NCBI GenBank assembly: GCA_965263355.1
Contig: CBDHHL010000032.1
Coordinates: 1,536,001 to 1,600,000, forward strand
Length of the DNA: 64,000 nucleotides
Direction: 5' to 3'
From: Leptolyngbyaceae cyanobacterium
Lineage (GTDB): Bacteria; Cyanobacteriota; Cyanobacteriia; Phormidesmidales; Phormidesmidaceae
Shown one piece after another: positions 49,676 through 58,436 of the stretch. How positions within the stretch are numbered: position 1 is the stretch's first letter; the number at the start of each line of letters is the position of its first letter. Below the pieces are notes generated by a model that did no database searches, had not been told where the DNA came from, and saw nothing but the letters and a program-made list of their open reading frames with translations. The translations under genes were made by a program, and so were the position numbers.

Positions 49676-49846
49676 GTAAACACTTCTGTCTTTGAAAAAA
49701 TTCTGTTTGACCTTTTGCATTTCGACAATAAAGCGTTCTCCTGTGGCGGTCTGGCAGTAGATGTCGAAAATAGCTTTACGATCTGCCCAGGTATTGCCGA
49801 AAAATTCGGGATTTTTGAAGTTCAGGTCCTGGATATGGTGATAGTT
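49676..49846 (-). pseudogene. Internal fragment of an Rpn / PD-(D/E)XK nuclease-family (putative transposase) gene
   Basis: Manual translation NYHHIQDLNFKNPEFFGNTWADRKAIFDIYCQTATGERFIVEMQKVKQNFFKDRSVY; no start codon and no C-terminal part. Confidence 0.8.
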
Positions 49847-49969
49847 GTGCTGCGGTGCCCTCGTTTCTCTAATGGTAACCGCCTAGTCGTTATGGGTGAG
49901 TGCTAGTAAGCTAAAGCAGTAGAGCGCCCAGTCTGTTCAGGTGCTATTCACCTAACCTGATAACCAGAG

Positions 49970-51259
49970 ATGTCCCCGGTTTTACCTATTGATACCCAGC
50001 GCTATCAGTCTGGTGACTATACCTTGGAGGTGACTGCCCGACCATCGCCGCTATCGCAGTGGAGCGCTCGGCCAGTGGTGCGTCAGCTGCGCTTTAATCT
50101 GTGGTCAGAGCAACCAGAACGTCAGCGGCTGGCGGCTGGCGATCAACATCAGTTAGTCACCCTTAGCGATGCGGTTGAAACCTATGTGCAGAGACATCTT
50201 ACCCAGCAGGCCTGGCCCCAAACCCATCGCTTAACATTGCTTGAGCAGGAAATAGAATTTAGCACCCTGCAGCTGTTTAATTTAGCAGAGGTGCTAAGTG
50301 CCTATGGCCAGGGGCAAATTACTTTGCCAGCTTTCCCACGTCAGAGTCAATTACGTCGTCGTCGTCCGCGTTGGCGGACAGGGTCAGCTGCGGCCTCTCT
50401 GCTGGTAGCTGTCGGTGTCACTACAGCCTATCTTTACTACCGACCAGCGGTCTTTAATGAAGTGGCTACTACTCAAGCTCCAGCTGACGTCCTTGAAGAT
50501 AAAGTCGTTGTCTTGCCGGAAGCTAATACCCCATCGGAAGGTGGTTCTGCTGCTCCATCAGCCCCATCATTAGAACGGGCTCCCGCTGAAGACAGGGATG
50601 TATCCGGTAGTCCTGAACGTAAGGCAAGCGAAGATCTGGCCCAGCAACCCTTAGAGTCAACAGAGCTTGATTCAGTTAGAGCTATACCAGTGCCAACTGA
50701 ATCACAGTCTGCAGCGTCAACAAATACAGAGTCTAGTTTTGATGTGCCTGCTGCTGAGGCTTTAGATCCAGAAGAAATCATGCCAGAGGCGGAACGGCTT
50801 GAGTTGAATGGTGCTATGCCTGAAATAGCCAAAATACCGGAATCACCTGAGCCAGCAGCAGCTCCAAGGGAACCAATGGCTACGGTTGCTGTTGGTGAGT
50901 CTGAACAGGCAGAACGCTTAGGAGAGGCAGCAGGTGGAGGTATGGCGGATACTGCTGCCGGTGGTGATTTACAGCGATCGCGAATAGCTACTGAAGAAAC
51001 AGCCAGTGGCTTTGGGGTATTGGATGCGATCGCAACCCAACTTGCGCCCTACCAACCTACGGAAGCCAATTACCCGCTGATGTATCACCTACAAATTGCG
51101 TCAAACGGTACGATTATTGCCATTGAACCCATTGGGGAAAATGTGCCTGCGATTATGGTGTCTAACGAGGTTATTAACCCAGCCCCTGGACGGTCTTTAA
51201 AGGTTGAGGTGATTTACACGGGGGATAATCGGCCTGTGGTTAATGAATTGTTTGAATAA
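49970..51259 (+). CDS. DUF4335-like membrane-anchored hypothetical protein
   Basis: TLEV....SPLSQW..RPV...LRF, L..L..AV..YVQ, STLQLF.LA, single TM, low-complexity tail. Confidence 0.7.
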   Translation: MSPVLPIDTQRYQSGDYTLEVTARPSPLSQWSARPVVRQLRFNLWSEQPERQRLAAGDQHQLVTLSDAVETYVQRHLTQQAWPQTHRLTLLEQEIEFSTLQLFNLAEVLSAYGQGQITLPAFPRQSQLRRRRPRWRTGSAAASLLVAVGVTTAYLYYRPAVFNEVATTQAPADVLEDKVVVLPEANTPSEGGSAAPSAPSLERAPAEDRDVSGSPERKASEDLAQQPLESTELDSVRAIPVPTESQSAASTNTESSFDVPAAEALDPEEIMPEAERLELNGAMPEIAKIPESPEPAAAPREPMATVAVGESEQAERLGEAAGGGMADTAAGGDLQRSRIATEETASGFGVLDAIATQLAPYQPTEANYPLMYHLQIASNGTIIAIEPIGENVPAIMVSNEVINPAPGRSLKVEVIYTGDNRPVVNELFE

Positions 51260-51260
51260 T

Positions 51261-51324
51261 TTGGGTTGCGTGCTGTTGCCTATTGTCTGATGACCATTTC
51301 CCAATAAACGCAACCCAATCTACG
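51261..51324. repeat. GTAG-type REP inverted repeat between convergent genes
   Basis: TTGGGTTGCGT ... ACGCAACCCAATCTAC. Confidence 0.6.
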
Positions 51325-51772
51325 ATTTGTTTTTCTTCGGTTCTTCTTTTTTCTGTTTTGCGCGGCTTTTGCGTCGGGCCAATCCCTGGTTGATGGGAAA
51401 GCCTGCCACTGGAATCACCTGATAACGACGTTCCTCTTCCAGCTTTTTGAGCTTTGTGTAGTCAACCCACTGAATACAGTCAACCGGGCAAGTATCAATG
51501 GCTTCCTGAATTAGCGCTTCCTGGTCACCATCCTGACGCACCACCCGCGCTCGACCGTGGAGAGGCTCTATATAGAAGGTATTGCAGGCAACGTGGGCAC
51601 AGTTTTTGCAGCCAATACAGGTCATCTCATCCACATAGACGCCCTTTTGCCGCACAGCCCCCCCGAGTTCAGGCTCAAAGCCAGTACGGTTGTCGGCATC
51701 CCTGAGTAATCCACCGAGTTCAGGTTCTAGACCCGATCGCTCGTCGCTAAGAGGAACGTTTTGCAAAGTCAT
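51320..51772 (-). CDS. Bacterial-type 4Fe-4S ferredoxin
   Basis: VYVDEMTCIGCKNCAHVA, AIDTCPVDCI, duplicated N-terminal GxEPELGG. Confidence 0.9.
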   Translation of the reverse strand: MTLQNVPLSDERSGLEPELGGLLRDADNRTGFEPELGGAVRQKGVYVDEMTCIGCKNCAHVACNTFYIEPLHGRARVVRQDGDQEALIQEAIDTCPVDCIQWVDYTKLKKLEEERRYQVIPVAGFPINQGLARRKSRAKQKKEEPKKNKS

Positions 51773-51878
51773 TGATATTACTCCAATTGCATAGGGGTAA
51801 CCCCCAAAAGCAACAAGGACGACGTTGAAAGTCCCAACGCCGCCCCTATCTAATCAGCTAGCTTGAAAGCTGAGAATC

Positions 51879-52274
51879 TTAGTTTTGAGCCCAGCGCTGT
51901 AAAACCAATCGAATGGAACCGTCCTTAGCCGTTGTTTGCTCAGCTACCTGAAACCCCTGTCGAGAAGTCTCATCCATAACTGTGTGGTAAGCATAGCGCT
52001 GAGTTACCTGGTTCAAAAAGCCATCCACTGAGAGAGGTTGCTGCCAATACTGTATATCAGCCACTAGCTCATAGTCTCCAGTATCTGCATTGCGCTTAAA
52101 GCCAAGATCGTAGCCATTACCTTGCTCGATGACTACTTCAGCGGTTTCAGTCTTTCCCTGATAGCCGCGCACAGTTTGTGGGCCTGCTTTCCAGTCGGTC
52201 CCCATGTCGGTGAGTGCAGCCTGCAGGGCGGGCAGATTACGGATTTTGGTTTTGATCTGGCTAAAGTGCGACAT
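51879..52274 (-). CDS. ycf35: Ycf35 / DUF1257 protein
   Basis: MSHFSQIKT, VRGYQG, YELVAD.QYW, TQRYAY, LQRW. Confidence 0.88.
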   Translation of the reverse strand: MSHFSQIKTKIRNLPALQAALTDMGTDWKAGPQTVRGYQGKTETAEVVIEQGNGYDLGFKRNADTGDYELVADIQYWQQPLSVDGFLNQVTQRYAYHTVMDETSRQGFQVAEQTTAKDGSIRLVLQRWAQN

Positions 52275-52344
52275 CTTAAAACTTGTATGTTTTTGAAGTT
52301 GACAAAATGGCCATCGGGCCAAAGCAGCGGCGAAGCGATAGCTT

Positions 52345-52557
52345 CTACCAGCTGCGGTAATTAGCCTGGGAATCAGTCTGTTCAGACGTTAATTGATTAC
52401 CCTGGGCATAGAACTCAGACGTCTTTTCCTGAGATACAACCTGGCCTAACTGAGCCTCAATAGCAGCAGTCACTTCAGCGCAAGAGCGACCGACAATACC
52501 AGTCACCAGCTCCTTAACTCGGCCATCGGGATAAATAACAAATTCCAATGTTTCCAA
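52345..52557 (-). CDS. DUF2997-family protein
   Basis: FVIYPDGRV.E.V.GIVG.SC.EVT..IEA.LG, TSEFY; typical neighbour of ycf35. Confidence 0.85.
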   Translation of the reverse strand: METLEFVIYPDGRVKELVTGIVGRSCAEVTAAIEAQLGQVVSQEKTSEFYAQGNQLTSEQTDSQANYRSW

Positions 52558-52897
52558 AGGGACTCACCTCTTGGAGCAATTGCCTTACCAAATAAGACGA
52601 ACGTAGACAAACAATAACTAAATATTAGTTCAAACTCCATACAAAAAGTTAATACAGAGTATTGATTTTGAGAGTGTCTACGTTAGCTGTTTGAATTAGT
52701 GTCGCGCAACTTTCTAGAGCCGTCAAGCAGAGGGCTTGGAGAGATCAATCGCCACCGTAAATCTTTTACAAAAGTCAATATTTTGAGATGTTTCTTGGTT
52801 TTGTTGCGTCTTAATTTGGGCGATGATACTACCTGCGAAATGTGTTGAAGATGCCATTATTCAATGGTTTGGTAGTGATCAAGCGAGGTGGATTGGT

Positions 52898-53353
52898 ATG
52901 GAAGCTGGGGGATTTAAATTTGAGCAGGATTTTATTGATTCGCTGCGCTGTATTCCTATGATTGTGCGGCTCAAGTTAGATACCTGTGGGGTCAAGCTCA
53001 CACTGAATCACTGGCATCAGTTCACCCAGGCTGAGCGGCAAGCATTGATGAGTATGTCGTGTGATTCTCAAGAAACCATCAGGGCTTATCAACAGTATCT
53101 ACAGGGACTGGTTACTCATTACACAGGACAGCCTGCTAAAGAGATAGAGGTGCCGACTCAGCTGCCTTGGGTAGAGTTGGCTGTTCCTGAGCAAGTACGG
53201 GTAAAGGCGGCAACCCATAATTTAGAAATTAGTCCCGATGCCTGGGGCTTGTTAACTCCAGCCCAGCGGTTTGCCTTGATTAAGCTCAGTCGGCCAAGCC
53301 ATGAAAATCGAAACTTTATGCCGGCGATGCAAGAATTTGGTCTTGCGGATTGA
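52898..53353 (+). CDS. narM: Nitrate reductase-associated protein
   Basis: FEQDFIDSLRCIPMIVRLKLDTCGVKL, W..LTPAQRFALIKLSRPSHENRNF. Confidence 0.85.
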   Translation: MEAGGFKFEQDFIDSLRCIPMIVRLKLDTCGVKLTLNHWHQFTQAERQALMSMSCDSQETIRAYQQYLQGLVTHYTGQPAKEIEVPTQLPWVELAVPEQVRVKAATHNLEISPDAWGLLTPAQRFALIKLSRPSHENRNFMPAMQEFGLAD

Positions 53354-53448
53354 AGGTTAGGGTTGAGTTTTAAAGTATCCGTGCTGCTAGTATCAATACC
53401 AGCGCAATCAATACCAGCGCAAACGTTGGTTTAGCTGTTTTGCTCCCT

Positions 53449-53997
53449 ATGAATAACCATTCACTCAACAACCAAGGTTATCAGGTCCCTAAACGAGTGG
53501 GGAAAGCCCGGCCAGCTAGGTTCCCATGGCTATTGTTGGTATCAGTACTAATGGCACATATCGGGGTTGGTCTGTTGCTATCGATATTTTCGCCCCCATT
53601 CTGGGTATGGCCGTTAGCCCTTGGGGGGACCTTTATCCAGACCCTGGCGTTAGCTGGTCCTACGGCCCTCTCGTCTTTTAAGGGGCTGCAAATTTTATTC
53701 TCTCGATTTTTGACCTGTTTAGGGGTGGGACTTTCAGTTGTAGCGTTGGCGATTGCGGTTGGGTTTGGGGGAACGGCTGATATTGATCAAATTCGCTTTA
53801 CTCAAACTGGCTCCGCTCTATTTTTTGTCAATCTAGGGGTTTTGCTGCTGACAGCGTTCTGTAGTTTGCTGATTGCTTATTTTGGTGACCATCTATTGGT
53901 TCGCATTGGACGGGCCCGCTGTAGTTTATCGGTTTTAAGTATTTGTTTTTTAGGTTTACTGGTTGGGGGCGCATTGGGGCTTGCGATCGCAAGCTAA
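53449..53997 (+). CDS. Hypothetical multi-TM protein
   Basis: About five hydrophobic helices. Confidence 0.7.
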   Translation: MNNHSLNNQGYQVPKRVGKARPARFPWLLLVSVLMAHIGVGLLLSIFSPPFWVWPLALGGTFIQTLALAGPTALSSFKGLQILFSRFLTCLGVGLSVVALAIAVGFGGTADIDQIRFTQTGSALFFVNLGVLLLTAFCSLLIAYFGDHLLVRIGRARCSLSVLSICFLGLLVGGALGLAIAS

Positions 53998-54054
53998 TAT
54001 CCCTAACCTGATTGTTCAGCTCAAAATGTTATTCGTTTCAGACAGACATTTTTG

Positions 54055-55623
54055 ATGGTATTAGCGATTGACTTTGGCACTAGTAATACAGTGCTCTGCC
54101 GGTGGAATGTGGCTACCCAGTCTGCTGAAGTTTTAGCATTGGATGCTATTGCCCAACGAGTTTCGGGACAAGCTTTGGTTCCTAGTCTGCTCTATGTGGA
54201 AGACGCCCAACAAGCTAACGTACTGATTGGTCAGCCTGTACGCGATCAGGGCTTAGATCGATCTGAACGATGCTTCAAAAATTTTAAGCGTGGTATTGGT
54301 ACTTCCATACAAGGGTTTATGCCGGATTTGGATGGTCGCACCCTCTCATTTGAGCAAGTGGGAGAATGGTTTTTAACCCAGGTAATTGAGCAGCTGAGAC
54401 AGCAGGAAGACCCCCTGGATGAGGTGGTTCTGACAGTTCCTGTTGATAGCTTTGAAACCTATCGTAACTGGTTAGGCCGTCTCTGTCAGAGTTGGCATGT
54501 TAACCGTGTGCGGATGATTGATGAACCCACGGCGGCGGCCTTAGGCTATGGCCTAACTGATAATCAAACGGTGCTGGTGATTGACTTTGGCGGTGGCACG
54601 TTAGATTTAGCCATTGTCCAACTGCGGGGGGGGCGTTCCCAAGGGTTGGGTTACATTCTCAAGTGGGGGCAGAAGGCCATGGGAGCGTCAGCTCAGAAGG
54701 TCTCGACGGCAAAGGTTTTGGCTAAAGCGGGGGAGAATCTAGGGGGCGCTGATATCGATCAATGGGTGGCTCAGTATCTGTGTGATCACTATGGAATTTC
54801 AGTATCACCGTTGACGCTTCGACTGGCAGAACAGCTTAAAATTCAGCTATCAACAGCGCTGAGTGCAAATGAAAGTTATTTTGACGATGAAACCTTTGAT
54901 AGCTACGACCTGACCTTAGAACGCGAGCAGTTTGAAACGGTGTTGCAAGAGCAGGGATTTTTTGAGCGTTTGGATAAACGGGTTACCGAGGTTTTGCAAC
55001 AGGGTCGTCGGCAGGGGATAGATATTGAAGATATCGATGCCGTATTGCTGGTGGGAGGAACGACTCAAATTCCTGCCATTCAAACCTGGGCCAAACGCCG
55101 ATTTGAGCAAACAAATTTATATTGCGATCGCCCCTTTACAGCCGTGTCAGCTGGAGCCCTCCAGCTCCAGCAGGTAAAACTGACAGATTTTCTGTATCAC
55201 GGTTATGGCATTCGATTTTGGGACAGACGCAATAATTGCCACGGTTGGCATCCCATTATTCCTCAAGGGCAACCCTATCCCATGACCCAACCGGTAGAAC
55301 TGGTCCTGGGAGCTTCCAGTGACAAACAGCCAAGCATTGAACTGATTATTGGTGAATTGGGTCAGCAGCAGGGGAGCACTGAGGTTTACTTTGAAGCGAA
55401 TCGTCTCGTTACTCGACAGACCCAAGCAGGCCAATCTATCGCTCAGCCATTAAATGATAAAGCCCCTAAAATTGCCAGCTTAAATCCTCCTGGAATGCCC
55501 GGTGAAGACCGGGTGAAGCTGAGTTTTACAGTTGATCAAAACCGATTGTTGAGAGTCACCGTAGAAGACATGCTCACCGCAGAAGTTCTAGCCACAAATC
55601 AGGCAGTGGTAGAACTTTCATAA
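54055..55623 (+). CDS. Hsp70-family (DnaK-like) protein
   Basis: AIDFGTSNT, EPTAAALGYG, IDFGGGTLD, LGGADID, LLVGG. Confidence 0.9.
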   Translation: MVLAIDFGTSNTVLCRWNVATQSAEVLALDAIAQRVSGQALVPSLLYVEDAQQANVLIGQPVRDQGLDRSERCFKNFKRGIGTSIQGFMPDLDGRTLSFEQVGEWFLTQVIEQLRQQEDPLDEVVLTVPVDSFETYRNWLGRLCQSWHVNRVRMIDEPTAAALGYGLTDNQTVLVIDFGGGTLDLAIVQLRGGRSQGLGYILKWGQKAMGASAQKVSTAKVLAKAGENLGGADIDQWVAQYLCDHYGISVSPLTLRLAEQLKIQLSTALSANESYFDDETFDSYDLTLEREQFETVLQEQGFFERLDKRVTEVLQQGRRQGIDIEDIDAVLLVGGTTQIPAIQTWAKRRFEQTNLYCDRPFTAVSAGALQLQQVKLTDFLYHGYGIRFWDRRNNCHGWHPIIPQGQPYPMTQPVELVLGASSDKQPSIELIIGELGQQQGSTEVYFEANRLVTRQTQAGQSIAQPLNDKAPKIASLNPPGMPGEDRVKLSFTVDQNRLLRVTVEDMLTAEVLATNQAVVELS

Positions 55624-55644
55624 GTGCTGCTTTTATTGGCGCTC

Positions 55645-56241
55645 TTATTGGCCTTCTGCAGGAGCCCCCCCCTCCAGCCGCTGTCTTAATTCTTGACCAG
55701 CCTGTTCGGCTTCTGACTGGGTCTTGGTAATAATAAATGTTTGAGTGGCTAGCAGCACAATAATGAACAGAATTCCCGATAGGGTAAAGCTGAGCTTGGT
55801 GGATGGAATGCTCTGGCCCAGGGCATAGATTGCGATCGCAAATACAGCAGCCAAATAAATCTTTGACATCACTGGCATAGCCGATGCCGACCAACACAGA
55901 GCTACTAAAATCGCATTGAAATACAAGGTCAAAAGCCCCAGGTGAATCCGCCTGGCATAAATTTGTTGAGCCCGTTTACGGCTGCCAGCAGAGGGGAGTT
56001 TGAGCCGATTACTAACGGCATTGAGCCCATCAATCACTGTGTAAAATACAGGAATAATCAAGCTTGTCACCATTATCAGCTCTGGGGACGGAGCCTGCAG
56101 AGTTTGATTAATAGATTCTGACGATAATGCTAAAGTAACGGCCTGGTTAAATAAGAATGCCGCTGCTGCTGCTACCAGCACAATTAGCAGATCAACGCCT
56201 AAAACAGGGACAACCGGTATAGGGGCTGTGCGTGTCTTCAT
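55645..56241 (-). CDS. Hypothetical membrane protein
   Basis: 198-aa ORF with about five TM segments. Confidence 0.7.
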   Translation of the reverse strand: MKTRTAPIPVVPVLGVDLLIVLVAAAAAFLFNQAVTLALSSESINQTLQAPSPELIMVTSLIIPVFYTVIDGLNAVSNRLKLPSAGSRKRAQQIYARRIHLGLLTLYFNAILVALCWSASAMPVMSKIYLAAVFAIAIYALGQSIPSTKLSFTLSGILFIIVLLATQTFIITKTQSEAEQAGQELRQRLEGGAPAEGQ

Positions 56242-56409
56242 AGAGCAAATGTATTTCCTTGTGAAAAGCCTGTAAATTTGTACACCAAGTATATCTACGT
56301 ACAGCTACCGTGCCTCAGTGTCTAAATTATTCAGACCAACCGAGACCTAACAGATAGGTTAGGGATAAATTTAAACTAACATTACACCTTTTTTAAAGGA
56401 AATACTTTG

Positions 56410-58392
56410 ATGAGTCCAACTCCAGTTTCGAGTAATCAACAGCCGATTAATGTCACTGCTGACTCTAATATCCTGCCCGCCAAAAGACTCTCTTCGGCAG
56501 ATTCATCATCATGGACAATCGAAGATAGTGAAGAACTCTATCGAGTTAATGGTTGGGGAGAGCCGTATTTTTCCATAAATGCAGCGGGACATATGACGGT
56601 GTCACCTCGAGGCGATCGTGGAGGATCCTTGGACCTATACGAGTTGATTCAGTCGCTGCAGGCCCGCAACTTGTCTTTACCGATTCTTGTTCGTTTCTCC
56701 GACATTCTCGAAGATCGTCTCGAACGCCTGACGTCTTGCTTTGCTAAAGCCATTACGAAGTATGGTTATGACGGATGTTATCGTGGTGTTTTTCCGATCA
56801 AATCTAACCAGCAGCGTCATCTTGTAGAAGACTTGGTTAGATTTGGAGAACGTTATCAGTTTGGTTTAGAGGCTGGGAGCAAACCTGAATTGATGATCGC
56901 TCTAGCCATGTTGAAGACACCTGGAGCTTTGCTAGTCTGTAATGGGTATAAAGATCGGGCCTACCTTGAAACAGCCATGCTAGGGCAAAAGCTAGGTCAA
57001 CATCCCATCATTGTCTTGGAACAGTTGGATGAACTGCCTTTAGTGCTTGAAGTCAGTCAGTCATTGAATATTCAGCCCCGGTTAGGGGTGCGAGCTAAAC
57101 TTTGCACCAAAGGGATTGGTCGCTGGGCCGGCTCGGCAGGAGACCGAGCTAAATTTGGCCTAACAATTCCTGAGATTTTGACGGTGGTCGAACAGCTACG
57201 GACGGCTGGTATGTTGTCATGTTTGCAGCTGCTTCATTTTCACATTGGGTCTCAAGCATCATCCATTAGCATCATCAAAGATGCGCTGCGAGAGGCCTGC
57301 CAAATCTATGTAGAACTGGCTAAACTAGGGGCCAATATGCAGTATTTGGATGTAGGTGGTGGCTTAGGAGTGGACTACAACGGGTCTAAAACCAATGTAC
57401 CAGCCTCAAAAAATTACAGCATTCAAAATTACGCCAATGATGTTGTTGCAGAAGTCAAAGAAGCGTGTTCTGCAAGAAATTTGCCAATGCCGACCTTGGT
57501 TAGTGAAAGCGGTCGGGCTATTGCCTCTCATCAATCTGTATTAGTGTTTGATGTGCTGGGCAGTAGTGAGGTACGTCCCCAAGAGCCCTTTCAACCATCC
57601 GAGGCGGATCATGCCATTCTAAAAGAACTCTATGAGGCCTATCAAAGTATTAACCCTAAAAACTATCAAGAAGTTTTCCATGATGCCGAACAGTTTAAAG
57701 GGGAGGCCGTTAGTCTATTTAACTTTGGCTATCTGAGCTTAACTGAGCGAGCCCGTGTGGAGAATCTTTTTTGGGCCTGCTGCCAAAAGATCATTCAGGT
57801 ACTACATCAGGAAACCTATGTGCCCGATGACCTAGCTGAGTTAGAAAAGATGATGGCATCCATTTACTACATCAACCTATCGATTTTTCAATCGGCACCG
57901 GATAGCTGGGCGATTGGTCAGCTGTTTCCCATCATGCCCATTCACCGTCTGGAGAAAGAACCTACCTGTCGTGTTACCCTGGCGGACCTGACTTGTGACA
58001 GTGATGGCAAAATTGATCAATTTATTGATCGCCATGATGTCAAATCAGTGTTAGAACTCCATGATCTGAAAGCGGGAGATCGGTATTATCTAGGCATGTT
58101 CCTAACTGGTGCATATCAGGAAGTGATGGGAAATCTTCATAATCTCTTTGGCGATACCAATATGGTTCATATTCATCTCACTCCCCAGGGCTACACCATT
58201 GAACATGTGGTCAAAGGAGATACCATGAAAGAAGTCCTTAGTTACGTGCAGTATGACTCTGAGGATTTGGTCGAACAAATTCGGCGACGTTCGGAAGTGT
58301 CTTTGCGGGAAAAGCAGATTACCTTGTCTGAGGCTCAATTATTGTTGCAAAACTACGAAGAGAGCCTTAGCCGATACACCTATTTGTCCTAA
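56410..58392 (+). CDS. speA: Biosynthetic arginine decarboxylase
   Basis: WGEPYF, FPIKSNQ (PLP Lys), GLEAGSKPE, HFHIGSQ, DVGGGLG, TCDSDG, GAYQE. Confidence 0.95.
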   Translation: MSPTPVSSNQQPINVTADSNILPAKRLSSADSSSWTIEDSEELYRVNGWGEPYFSINAAGHMTVSPRGDRGGSLDLYELIQSLQARNLSLPILVRFSDILEDRLERLTSCFAKAITKYGYDGCYRGVFPIKSNQQRHLVEDLVRFGERYQFGLEAGSKPELMIALAMLKTPGALLVCNGYKDRAYLETAMLGQKLGQHPIIVLEQLDELPLVLEVSQSLNIQPRLGVRAKLCTKGIGRWAGSAGDRAKFGLTIPEILTVVEQLRTAGMLSCLQLLHFHIGSQASSISIIKDALREACQIYVELAKLGANMQYLDVGGGLGVDYNGSKTNVPASKNYSIQNYANDVVAEVKEACSARNLPMPTLVSESGRAIASHQSVLVFDVLGSSEVRPQEPFQPSEADHAILKELYEAYQSINPKNYQEVFHDAEQFKGEAVSLFNFGYLSLTERARVENLFWACCQKIIQVLHQETYVPDDLAELEKMMASIYYINLSIFQSAPDSWAIGQLFPIMPIHRLEKEPTCRVTLADLTCDSDGKIDQFIDRHDVKSVLELHDLKAGDRYYLGMFLTGAYQEVMGNLHNLFGDTNMVHIHLTPQGYTIEHVVKGDTMKEVLSYVQYDSEDLVEQIRRRSEVSLREKQITLSEAQLLLQNYEESLSRYTYLS

Positions 58393-58393
58393 A

Positions 58394-58434
58394 AATTTTG
58401 TAGGGACGTTCCATGGAACGTCCCTACAAAATTT
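58394..58434. repeat. Perfect GTAG-type REP palindrome between convergent speA and PP2C
   Basis: AAATTTTGTAGGGACGTTCCATGGAACGTCCCTACAAAATTT. Confidence 0.85.
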
Positions 58435-58436
58435 CT

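Noticed and set aside
52757..52769. GTAAATCTTTTAC as an NtcA site upstream of narM
   Set aside because: Spacer is 7 nt, not 8
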